The notes below the pieces were generated by a model. The model ran no database searches. It was not told where the DNA came from and saw nothing but the letters and a program-made list of their open reading frames with translations. From a virus (lineage: Duplodnaviria; Heunggongvirae; Uroviricota; Caudoviricetes): a stretch of 64,000 nt of DNA. Position numbers and translations under genes: made by a program. Location: positions 289,291 to 353,290 of IMG/VR virus record IMGVR_UViG_3300021431_002946; one strand, given 5' to 3'. Shown here one piece after another: positions 22,101-27,657 of the stretch (its first letter is position 1; every line of letters begins with the position of its first letter).

Positions 22101-22476
22101 AGTTGGTAATATCTCTATAACAGATTCTATTGCTATTAAAAATGCTACACTTGAAAATGGTATAGTTACACTTACTATTAAGACATTAAGTGCAAATGAA
22201 GATTTTGTAATAACTGAAAATACTTATGTATCTACAGGTGAAAATGGAATTATGATTACAAATCAAGGTTTCATTAATGGATATAATGGAATAATTCCTA
22301 CTGATACTCAAATAGATGCAATGAAATCAGATATTACATATCATATTACATTAACAATGCCTGAACCTACAGGTATAGTATTAAACGTAATGCCTTATGC
22401 TTTAATCTTTGGTGCAATCTGCGTAACATTCTTTGTTTCAAAGAAAACATTAAAGAAAAAAGAAGAAGAGGAATAA
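10114..22476 (+). CDS. giant (4120 aa) sortase-anchored adhesin: S/T/E-rich stalk, 4 BspA/DUF285-type LRR modules, Listeria-Bacteroides repeats, DUF11-like domain, C-terminal PEPTG sorting signal
   Basis: Uninterrupted 12.4-kb ORF. Signal peptide; WDxSNVTxMxxMF repeats; FxGWYTxxxGxxxxxYAKW repeats x5 or more; C-terminus PEPTG + TM + KKTLKKKEEEE. Confidence 0.85.
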   Translation: MLKTKRKLLATLVAFTLVMTSIMPNVALALESVEDTQPTTKITETEPAASTKSTKKPESSKPKEAKEATEDTTKATSESTKATSETTKKQVEITTKATEETKATEATTSETTKTSEETKASESTPKESTETSAETASTTETSETKETKETAETTVETSESSSNTVPLESTTEESKSSESTTEETIPTESGEVTESSDPIESTESTESTEPTESTEETEPSESSSETSEPEETEFNQSITVDGIKITVTADKGVFPNGAELTAKKVENNKINKEDNVVASMTFDIAIMLNGEEIEPDTTKGQVKVTFFDERFEDKNLDAAIYHTSDDKKTEELKIKNVEGGAEVTTDGFSLYTVEFTYEDMKYTLTGYASAPLKTILEKVGLTGEVTDVKISNEKLVRYENGYIFAVKAFSTKEWMKVTINDITYIITLTDSPDSPEDATAGTDAYAILYDSGKLVFQKGQDVIGAYGTKQQEWLVPTEFVDNSDTTDVDESIPAWCSYAENINKIIFVDNIKGITSLKTYFKGLKNITTISNIDRLDVSTVTTLNALFMDCSSITILDLSSWNTAKVTDMCAIFNGCSSLKTLNLSGWNFRGLNYGGAFSGALNGCTSLKTLDLSSVKMPVKTYDVGLCLGWHAAGGGINLDSIDVSNIDLTQTKSLYGFLTISAKQIIGLTTWDVSRVECISSLFNGNNLVENIDISGWDLRNMTNTNGSAIFSGCANLKTLNMSNVKMPADTGASNFQLGWGNIGGTLNSINVTNLDLSNTTSLCGFLTVPAKNIIGLDTWDTSNVTNFNSLFNGQKFITELDLSNFTFKSGDTVYAMCASMPKLTKIILPASYNNLTINEDNNISVSYIWTNVETGESFKADQITSAGTYERILGNDAYVNTNAYAILYTDGTLIFQNNDEVDSTHGSVVQTWEVDESSHPWTSSEYKDQVTKIIFANKLIGRTSAYYMFSNMSNLTTIENCGNLDTSNITTMNSMFYNACNLTSIDVSDWDTSKVTNFRWMFGCDDNAANNSKLVSVIGAKNLIKVAATAANAMFNNNYSLKNIDTSNWNMSNITNTSSMFAQCDALTSLNTTNWNMSNNTNMYAMFYDSNSLKTVDISNWNISSNMTNTSWSFTRTKVTSLDMSNWNMSNVTDTYYMFGGCNDLTSVKLGANWKFATNNSSGTFGYNPTFKNSSNEYVQMSDIYSWDSSKADTYIICATVGENAYALLYGDGYLVFQKGPTPDPNHGELIASWAVKDANYDWTGYSSNIKYVDFKDEIYGRTSTDHMFNECVYLNEVYNAQKLDMSQVTNMSFMFAYDKQLTKINGLEQWKPSNCTEFNYAFGSYNAEGTKLTEIDMSNWQINEVHQLFRMFENCSNLRVIDLSGFNCVSGYACDNMVNGCKSLSKIILPESIAVYSENNRTRIGLNSSSQTWLKDGTTVVDYQEAIVGGTYEKILNVVTFKKDSDAANDVIFYITETNTSFEIPDELKTLPNNTEGEAFIGWYDGQDNKYTNENITRNTPSTLYAKFGHAPQDAIYGDDLYKLLYIDANNQYVVVYQKGNTPTSGYGTFVSSTLVTTSQSNEYVNGVYTPVTILDFDSYTTNNYSNMPTKVVFRDRLINLPKADVRFTSERVKKYENLDYIDMSNATGIRFSNKSNVYGCSGMATWNTTNITNMYQLFYNTKVATTDIPNLSNWNTSNVTNLSYAFYSTNGEVKGLESWNTSNVTDMSYIFYSANMLNTDSIKDWNVSKVKKFKSAFSSNTALLEAELNWDMRSAEDMSYMFDSCYKLSKIKTNKTFIATANTNNINHIFYCCDKLTDITDLAKWDVSNVTDMSYAFANCNKLAIINALSGWDVSNVTTMKHMFSAFANASYDTWSGYDAERGPGNLVDLSALSNWQTSSLTDISFMFYCQAYLNNINGISGWDVSHVTDMTATFCGLSRLTSLEALSSWTTSSLTKLCSTFKGMYALKSVDGLENWDVTNVTDMSFMLDLRYYANSLRDVSALSNWHANSLNDYRYMLYNCNLIPEVDFSNWDLSRTGTNSRSDYVFNGCDKLIKITLPANFVVYSSSSYGTPFNSDWIYTKDNSVVNLQTEFSNWTVDKAGTYIKNYYVSLYPMGGTVDPTKIETNLNQSIDELPTPVRDGYNFLGWFDSEGTLRTSIPAGEYITSLFAQWESKGTYTLVLDPNINGYEPYVVELKLDEKFRLDYTLLNIPDSFEFSQWTERKSGDGEVYTQNQIVVGLAELGETVTIYAQWITHSSFPVKMHAVNILTGERTSLGNVDVRTNEYFDISAIKNIVKNKVGNTYIYYASYRNDLDCVHFEYNEEDVIHYENQGYNSAYTNAGKSTGEDFYYTYDRIKDDRGQFVNSSHMWTLDDFNNDIYVYYIPALKARVWFNKESVSKLPVDELIMTVDGKQYKSGEYVFDLDNSRFSPSARVSIGEGYVPSAYANARWEYYTDSLLRNFAYMMAEEKNYSFNYPVSLNNAREGKGCHKSEEATGMKYSYLWWNSPNDIMDISITFDLNVVYDFNNSGQYAGPSGLQARNLYTYYSQYPYSIDNITQVYGITAESNDGYIIEGWYTAPEGGTKVYDPNAESYRNPMTPPIDFSNCPVVDYSDKLDQINNDIYVFGEPRMTQNKYVTLYAHWVPKSEYNASSSQSTFTVIHINDSHNPTVTEYGYSQKFVAPNKLTDVRWNSYMDDSWSYVDNPDESYYYDGYWTMEKDYAWEKDPIEFEDHIFGGWYTEPNGQGTKITKDMIITETGDITFYAYWKKPTEKINFSLETNGDHPTSAEIKFSNTAYSNYYYITPTTAYIYGADTVAGYMIPYAMTDEEYDFIGWYDSNNHKLEVGDTFVDGATYYAKWEKNIVSVEGIDYDFNFTFKNSKNKMKLSNPYISNASIDILFKISHTENILPEKAIKIYIPTTNILNTSVISYNGDLENGKYYRYDNPSYDETTYNNYNCMICNAYDITGSAGFTNEKSNVSIEEDGSGIQFYDADGNIYKPGKDYYSKVYKSDPIILTIDTNGDGTPDIVKYKYLYIESDPITGAGVSNFDNININGYITKTWNSEWGEEPADASDYLFVTWQISNTYLDMYDRTQYYNNQDMYFFANTKLPITSAGQKVYNKQVEHNGENYEFAFSVLAKPGNYSTQETHSENNTIVMKYPKSQFSYDAQLGEISQQFEILVSPRNPYINGQWYEDTVIKTGKVTWSWAEGSSETNGRDMWANMGRFSGGYVSSVNSRNTIQKQRQYAVLNNTLEMEWYSLYAQRIINGNDEFSVSVKPGDFSYASGASENCYMWQPATGRTDLSTYDYCITGIQYAVFNGYSEKLNDGYDPNVPIYVGDIQEVNRNKYVEIYVMYRGSNTWTLLDKNGSVWSAPSNLRSYNDGHVNVQFNRGYSRNFDSDEWEYGEPYSYIYDTRVVGVKVKAKFETGSNYQAVVVVPKIKIFPSFTTQDKVKMDFDQEVKSAITMTDFTIDGYKSNASYRKGQWSDVTGAITDLGLTTWYLTSDVTDLDLRNNIKTLNLNTGNVSGLEEGDAQVVCEVINQAQNSTYYKAITSGDYYVLLPENTSLKLAETYFAGTSYANSSYFTNTDINSWNYGGLSYDSMGGLTPEECSVETIENWENSGRTMVIYHLKDLTKKYTEIDLSHYNSLIFKLTLHRENEDIYGINGDVATLFVDKSGTFYINRREKYENAGATVHEYFSNLNSQNAAKERSMAYAYADFTFYTEIYNTGSGNENMAHQDGFNDYVANSSNQYTNNVNVFPGENYTYKVLWSQSGKKIIDYGDHTDEIDNETNNAIIYTRLDGVGVFKGVYAPAITGKVYLDDEHLTSENVTVTPTIWYCKDPNFASINNFADYDLSTIILDADHGWYTSANLDSDAKVYGMAFDYSKDSQGRDVYLAGDKFIGITIYQQNLELANQTFNSESRISITNFNSADYGGLVTVNVAIPDLKIDVVSNPASGTATNPTAVRYEQDLVYTWTVHNREDRAINDVIVSFKVPDATTCTLDKIKVGNISITDSIAIKNATLENGIVTLTIKTLSANEDFVITENTYVSTGENGIMITNQGFINGYNGIIPTDTQIDAMKSDITYHITLTMPEPTGIVLNVMPYALIFGAICVTFFVSKKTLKKKEEEE

Positions 22477-22491
22477 GTTAGCTTAATTAAA

Positions 22492-22525
22492 TAGGAGAGT
22501 CATTAATTTGGCTCTCCTATTTTTA
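22492..22525 (+). terminator. intrinsic terminator after the giant gene
   Basis: TAGGAGAG..CTCTCCTA + T5. Confidence 0.7.
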
Positions 22526-22621
22526 ATTTAGTAACAAATTTTTAATAGTCTATTTAATTATAATATAGTGTATGTAAAAATAAAAAATTTTTAAAATTTT
22601 TTAAAAATCGATAAAAAGTTA

Positions 22622-22650
22622 TTTACATACCAAAGATAATTATATATAAT
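22622..22650 (+). promoter_or_regulatory. TTTACA-N17-TATAAT promoter
   Basis: exact consensus spacing. Confidence 0.6.
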
Positions 22651-22705
22651 ACAATTATAAGCTAATTAAAAATTTAGAAATCTAGCTGAAAAGGAGATTT
22701 ACAAT

Positions 22706-23731
22706 ATGAAGAAGATTATTCAGAATTCAAAGAGAGGTTTTACCCTTGTAGAGATGCTTCTTGTAATTGCAGTTATTGTAATTCTGTCTGGCGTAACTAT
22801 CGTTGGTATTAGAGCAATGATTGATAATGCAAACAAGAATGCTGCAGCAGTTGAACTCCATGCAGGTTGTTGGTATGTAGAAGATCCGAATGGTTCTACA
22901 ATATTGCCTGGTACAACTACAAAAATTCGAGTTGTAGATAGAAATACGCCTGGCGCTCAGTATTATAGCGATATGGACGCTATGTACGCACAGGTAAAAA
23001 GTATTCAGGGAACAGTACCTAACATAGAGCCTGAGCATGCACATGTAAATACTGGTGATGATGGATTCGACGATGAATGGTGGGCAAAGAATGATGCGGA
23101 TTGGCAGAAGCAGATTGATGATTTGATTAAGGCTGGATGCCCTCAGGATCAGATTAAGGTTGTTAGAAATACGGAAGGTCATATCGTTGGTGTAAGTACA
23201 GATTGGAAGCCTGATTCTAATTCTGGAAATTCTGGTAACAATGATGCTAATACAGGATCAAATGGTTCTGGTAATTCTGATTCAAATACTGGAAACAATA
23301 CTGGTTCAAATACAGGTTCTAATACTGGAAACGGTGATGCAAACACAGGTTCAAATGGTTCTGGTAATACTGGTAATACTGGTAATACCGGTAATACCGG
23401 TAATACAGGCAATACTGGAACACAGTCTTCTGGAGCAATTACAGTTCCTAATACTGTAACATCTGGTACAGGTGTTAAGAATTTTACAAATAATAATGAT
23501 GGAACAACTACTGCAACATTAATTCTTAATACTTATAATACTGGTGAAGTTAAGTTTAGAACAAATCCTGATGGTACTCACTCAATTTATTGTGTAGGCA
23601 AGGATGGTCATACTGTTGTAGGTAATGTAATTGGTTATACACAGGATAATCAGTGGTGTAATGAAAATACTTGGATTAAGTTAACACCTGCAGATTGGGC
23701 TAAGCTTTCATCAAGTTACGGATTTAATTAA
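22706..23731 (+). CDS. type IV pilin/pseudopilin-like protein (prepilin N-terminal methylation motif) with G/N/S/T-rich repeats
   Basis: KRGFTLVEMLLVIAVIVILSG class III signal; (GNT)n low-complexity segment. Confidence 0.7.
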   Translation: MKKIIQNSKRGFTLVEMLLVIAVIVILSGVTIVGIRAMIDNANKNAAAVELHAGCWYVEDPNGSTILPGTTTKIRVVDRNTPGAQYYSDMDAMYAQVKSIQGTVPNIEPEHAHVNTGDDGFDDEWWAKNDADWQKQIDDLIKAGCPQDQIKVVRNTEGHIVGVSTDWKPDSNSGNSGNNDANTGSNGSGNSDSNTGNNTGSNTGSNTGNGDANTGSNGSGNTGNTGNTGNTGNTGNTGTQSSGAITVPNTVTSGTGVKNFTNNNDGTTTATLILNTYNTGEVKFRTNPDGTHSIYCVGKDGHTVVGNVIGYTQDNQWCNENTWIKLTPADWAKLSSSYGFN

Positions 23732-23754
23732 TCTAAATAATTAAATTAAAAAAT

Positions 23755-23786
23755 AAAGAGGTAGCATTAAGCTACCTCTTTTTTAT
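23755..23786 (+). terminator. intrinsic terminator
   Basis: AAGAGGTAGC..GCTACCTCTT + T-run. Confidence 0.7.
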
Positions 23787-23815
23787 TTACGAAGCTTTAT
23801 ATATTAGTATATAAT
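23786..23815 (+). promoter_or_regulatory. TTTACG-N18-TATAAT promoter
   Basis: motif read directly. Confidence 0.55.
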
Positions 23816-23911
23816 ATATAATATATAAAAATAATAATAACATATTTATTATATAATAACATTTAAATTGTTATTGTGCAATATTTATGTTACTATAAAT
23901 GAGGTATACTT

Positions 23912-24268
23912 ATGTATAAGAATGGTTATCAAATTAAAATAGAATGTAATCCACTTCCTAGAAATTGTCATGAATGCCCTTTTTATCAATATCAAGGAAT
24001 GGATGATTATGGATGGGATAAGTTTAGATGTTCTCTTATTACTCCTATAACTATTTTTGGTTGTGCCTTACATAGACCTGCAGATTGTCCATTAGTAGGT
24101 AAAGAAATTAATGAAGATCCACCTACAGAAAAACAAGATGAATATGCAAGAAAGTTAGCGAGTGAAAAAGATAAAAATTATTGTTGTGGTTTCTATCCAA
24201 GCTTAAGAATACCATATACTAAAAAAGCATATTGGAAATTCATAAATGAAAATAAAGATAAAGATTGA
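23912..24268 (+). CDS. Cys-rich hypothetical protein
   Basis: 118-aa ORF with GAGG RBS. Confidence 0.5.
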   Translation: MYKNGYQIKIECNPLPRNCHECPFYQYQGMDDYGWDKFRCSLITPITIFGCALHRPADCPLVGKEINEDPPTEKQDEYARKLASEKDKNYCCGFYPSLRIPYTKKAYWKFINENKDKD

Positions 24269-24297
24269 GTATGGTTTTTACCACACTCAATTTTTTT
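24265..24297 (+). terminator. intrinsic terminator
   Basis: TTGAGTATGG..CCACACTCAA + T7. Confidence 0.6.
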
Positions 24298-24395
24298 ATA
24301 AAAATTTTTATTCATACGGTTTATAAATTAAAAAAATATATTATAATATAATTAAACAAATTAAATATATGCATTAAAGAAAGGAATTTATATAT

Positions 24396-24521
24396 ATGTT
24401 TAAAGCAATAACTTTAGGATTAATTGTGGCTTCAATTATAACTATTGTGGCGTTTAATATTATAATTGAATATAAAAAGCGCCAGCAAGTTTCTCCTTTT
24501 GATACAGATTGTCCAATATAG
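24396..24521 (+). CDS. small membrane peptide (41 aa, MFKAITLGLIVASIITIVAF..)
   Basis: AAAGGAA RBS, one TM helix; absent from the ORF track (short). Confidence 0.4.
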   Translation: MFKAITLGLIVASIITIVAFNIIIEYKKRQQVSPFDTDCPI

Positions 24522-24574
24522 AAAATATTTTTAGTACCGGCTAAATAATTTTGATATTTGTAATAGAAAAAGTA

Positions 24575-24602
24575 TTTACTTCTGACCACAACGATATATA
24601 AT
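24575..24602 (+). promoter_or_regulatory. TTTACT-N16-TATAAT promoter giving a ~170-nt leader for the 24784 gene
   Basis: motif read directly. Confidence 0.45.
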
Positions 24603-24783
24603 AAGAGCTATATGAAAAAGTACTCAAAGTATTACCACGTATACGTTTGAATAAAAAATGTAATATTTCTCTTGTTTACTTTTCGCGATTTCTAATATAT
24701 AATTAAACTATAAAACAAAAGAAAAATAACACACACCAAACACCAATAAATTAATTATTTAAAGCACGGAGGAAATAGCCATT

Positions 24784-25074
24784 ATGAAAAAAATTATCGT
24801 CTTTCTCGCAGTAGTAGTAACTTTACTTACAGTTTCTACAACAGTATTTGCAACTAACGTAAATGAGAATGAGATGGAAAAACTTGCTCTCACTGCAAAC
24901 AAGACAATTGAAGCTCCAGTAATAGTTGAAGAAGCAGATACTGAAATTCCTAACATTTGGGAAGTAATGCGAACAGAGCAGCCTGCAAAAGTAAGAACAA
25001 TTGAAGATGATGGAAAAGTTATTCTTGAAGTTGAGGTTGGAGAGTATACATACGGATATGTAATTAATGAATAA
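24784..25074 (+). CDS. small secreted protein (signal peptide)
   Basis: MKKIIVFLAVVVTLLTVSTTVFA signal; GGAGG RBS. Confidence 0.6.
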   Translation: MKKIIVFLAVVVTLLTVSTTVFATNVNENEMEKLALTANKTIEAPVIVEEADTEIPNIWEVMRTEQPAKVRTIEDDGKVILEVEVGEYTYGYVINE

Positions 25075-25111
25075 ATAAGAACCAAAAAAAAATGTGTGTG
25101 ATATAAAAAGA

Positions 25112-25147
25112 GAAGGTGAGCCTGGAGGTGCTCACCTCTTTTTATTT
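25112..25147 (+). terminator. intrinsic terminator
   Basis: AGGTGAGC..GCTCACCT + T-run. Confidence 0.7.
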
Positions 25148-25180
25148 TATGAAAGTATATTTAATTATATTAAAAAGTGG

Positions 25181-25209
25181 TTTACAAAGCAAAAGTTTAG
25201 GTATATAAT
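25181..25209 (+). promoter_or_regulatory. TTTACA-N17-TATAAT promoter of the tRNA operon
   Basis: -10 ends 24 nt before the tRNA-Gln 5' end. Confidence 0.6.
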
Positions 25210-25232
25210 ACAATTATTGAAAATTTAATTAT

Positions 25233-25306
25233 TGAGGTGTGGTGTAGCGGCAGCACACGGGTCTTTGACACCCTTGGTGTAGGTTCAACCCCTACCACCT
25301 CAGCCA
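25233..25306 (+). tRNA. tRNA-Gln (anticodon UUG)
   Basis: Hand-folded cloverleaf. Acceptor TGAGGTG/CACCTCA, D-stem GTGT/GCAC (one GU), anticodon loop CTTTGAC, T-arm GTAGG-TTCAACC-CCTAC, discriminator G, encoded CCA. Confidence 0.8.
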
Positions 25307-25310
25307 AAAT

Positions 25311-25386
25311 GCTCCAGTAGCTCAGTTGGTAGAGCAATAGACTTTTAATCTATGGGCCGTGCGTTCGAACCGCATCTGGGGCACCA
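25311..25386 (+). tRNA. tRNA-Lys (anticodon UUU)
   Basis: Acceptor GCTCCAG/CTGGGGC, D-arm GCTC-AGTTGGTA-GAGC, anticodon arm ATAGA-CTTTTAA-TCTAT, T-arm GTGCG-TTCGAAC-CGCAT, discriminator A, encoded CCA. Confidence 0.85.
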
Positions 25387-25606
25387 AATTTTTATTAAGA
25401 AAAAAGTGGATTATATATAAACGGGTTCTCTCACTCTCCCTCTTAATAATAAACTTTCAAAATTTGCATATGAGCTTCCTTATATAGAGGATCGTTTTAC
25501 ATTAGAATTTTAGCTCTCGCGAATGAAAGAAAACATAAATGCATAGACGCTTCCTTACTTTCTGAGGATTATAAAATTACATTTTAGCGTTCGCAATTCT
25601 TTTATT

Positions 25607-25641
25607 CCGTAGTAGCAAAAAGTTACTACGGATTTTTTTTA
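25607..25641 (+). terminator. intrinsic terminator closing the tRNA/ncRNA region
   Basis: CCGTAGTAGC..GTTACTACGG + T8. Confidence 0.7.
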
Positions 25642-25689
25642 CAACAAACTATATTAAATCTCGCCTAGAAAGGCATAGGAGGAATTATA

Positions 25690-27558
25690 ATGAATAAGTT
25701 AAATGAAGCTTTAGTTAAGTTGACACACGCAGTTATTTCAGATGCTAAGGGTACTCAAGTAGAGACGTCTAAGTATCTTAATAACGGTTTAGTATTTATA
25801 GATAAGAATGGTCTTGTTAAGACTATTTCTGAAAATGCAGGTAATTCTGTTGTAACGTATCTCAACAGAGATTTTTCTGCATGGAATAGACATTTTCATC
25901 AGTCTTGGAAAAAGGTAGCAGATGCTCCTATTGAGCAGCTTGTATTTGAGCAGCTTATGCACTATTTCTCTACTTATGGTCTTGAATCATTAGGTTTTGC
26001 AGCAATGCCTGTATTACCTTGTGAGACTGTTATTTCTGACGAAAATATGAGACCTACAGATCTTAAGGCATTTACAGTAATTAGAGTTGTTTCTGAGAAG
26101 GAAGCAATTGAATTACTTAATGATTATGTAAGATCTGTTAAGAAGCCTAGTGCAGATAATATGAGACTTATTATTGGTGTCATTAATTCATTAACAGTTA
26201 ATGTTGATGAAATTCCTTCATTTGAAGTTAAGTGTGCATATTGTAAGGCAAAGAATATTGTTCCTACAAATGGTCAAGATTTCTTGAGATATGCTGTATA
26301 TATTACAACAAACTCTACACTTCTTATCAAGAATAAGAAGGAAATTGAGACAATTAAGTCTACTCTTACTTATAGTTGGAATAAGTCTATTGCAGATGCA
26401 GTTGCAGATTTGTTTACAAAGGCAGATCTTGTAGAGTGCTCTAAGGTATTCTTGAGAAATAAGGCATTGTTCCTTGCATTCAAAGTAGATAAGAGAAATG
26501 CTCCTATCATCAATAAGATTAGAAGACTTGCTGTTGATAACCACCAGCCTCTTTCTGAACTTACTGTTGCAAATATTATGGGTCTTCTTGGTCAGAACAA
26601 GAAGGATGATGTTCTTAAGATAATTAAGAAGACATCTAATAGAAACCTTATTAAGTTGATTAACGTAGCTAATAATGATGAGACTGAAGACAGAATCTAT
26701 AATATTAGAAATGGTAAGGTTTATGTCAATAACAAGGTTATAGATAAGACAAAGACAAAGTGGCTCTATAAGGAGTGTTTGAAGCAGCTTTCTCTTAACT
26801 TAGCTGGTAAGTTAGCTGATAAGACATTCTATATTCCTGCAGGTATTGATTATAAGGCACCTATTTCAGAGAAGCAGATGATTGGTAATATACCTTATGG
26901 TTCAACAATTACTGCTGATACTGATGACGATGCACTTTGTGTATCTATTGCTTGGGAAAACTATGATGGTATGCGTACAGATATTGACTTCCACCTTAAT
27001 TCTGCCACAAGACAGTTTGGTTGGAATAGTGGTTATAGATCTGGTGAAGATATTCTTTTCTCTGGCGATATGACTGATGCAACTAATGGTGCAACAGAAA
27101 CATTTAGAGTTAAGGCTTCAGATGAAATATTCCTTGCAACAGTATCACTATATAGTGGTCACGATAAGTGTCCTTTTAAGGTATTTTTGTCTGGTGCAGA
27201 TAACTTTAGAGATAGAAACAAGGGTCTTGTTGATATTAACAAGGCATTAGTAATGCCTGTTGGCTTAGCTTTCAATGGTACTAGATCTATGTCTATCGGT
27301 TATATGGTAGATAAGACATTCACTTTCTATGGTGGTAATCTTGGTGCAAATATTGTACCTAAGGCTGATTTGTATAAGAATGCACTTAATGCTATTACAA
27401 ATAGATGTGCAGCAATGATTTCATTAGCTGATGTTATCACTTTAGCAGGTGGTACAATTGTTACAGAAGTTCCTGAAGCAACAGATGAAGAAGTAATCAA
27501 TCTTGCACCTGAGAATATTACTGAACAAATGATCTTCTCTATTGTTGATGGAGATTAA
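25690..27558 (+). CDS. hypothetical protein (622 aa)
   Basis: long ORF with AGGAGG RBS; no recognisable motif. Confidence 0.6.
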   Translation: MNKLNEALVKLTHAVISDAKGTQVETSKYLNNGLVFIDKNGLVKTISENAGNSVVTYLNRDFSAWNRHFHQSWKKVADAPIEQLVFEQLMHYFSTYGLESLGFAAMPVLPCETVISDENMRPTDLKAFTVIRVVSEKEAIELLNDYVRSVKKPSADNMRLIIGVINSLTVNVDEIPSFEVKCAYCKAKNIVPTNGQDFLRYAVYITTNSTLLIKNKKEIETIKSTLTYSWNKSIADAVADLFTKADLVECSKVFLRNKALFLAFKVDKRNAPIINKIRRLAVDNHQPLSELTVANIMGLLGQNKKDDVLKIIKKTSNRNLIKLINVANNDETEDRIYNIRNGKVYVNNKVIDKTKTKWLYKECLKQLSLNLAGKLADKTFYIPAGIDYKAPISEKQMIGNIPYGSTITADTDDDALCVSIAWENYDGMRTDIDFHLNSATRQFGWNSGYRSGEDILFSGDMTDATNGATETFRVKASDEIFLATVSLYSGHDKCPFKVFLSGADNFRDRNKGLVDINKALVMPVGLAFNGTRSMSIGYMVDKTFTFYGGNLGANIVPKADLYKNALNAITNRCAAMISLADVITLAGGTIVTEVPEATDEEVINLAPENITEQMIFSIVDGD

Positions 27559-27586
27559 AAAATAATTTATAAATTTAAAAAAGTTA

Positions 27587-27615
27587 TTTATAAGTTATTA
27601 TGTGTATGATAAAAT
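27587..27615 (+). promoter_or_regulatory. TTTATA-N17-TAAAAT promoter variant (TG-extended)
   Basis: motif read directly. Confidence 0.4.
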
Positions 27616-27657
27616 ATATATATAATAACTTATATTTATAAAAGGAGTTGTTTTTAA

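Noticed and set aside
23220-23420. Possible CRISPR array (short tandem repeats)
   Set aside because: Units are 9 bp, contiguous, without spacers and in-frame within a CDS. No cas genes are present, and there is no repeat-spacer structure anywhere in the window.
23179-23459. ORFs 23179..23412 (minus) and 23241..23459 (+) with PVLPVLPVL-like repeats
   Set aside because: They are alternate-frame readings of the (GNT)n repeat inside the pilin-like gene.
25690-27558. 622-aa protein as capsid or portal
   Set aside because: No recognisable structural-protein motif; calling it structural would be a guess.
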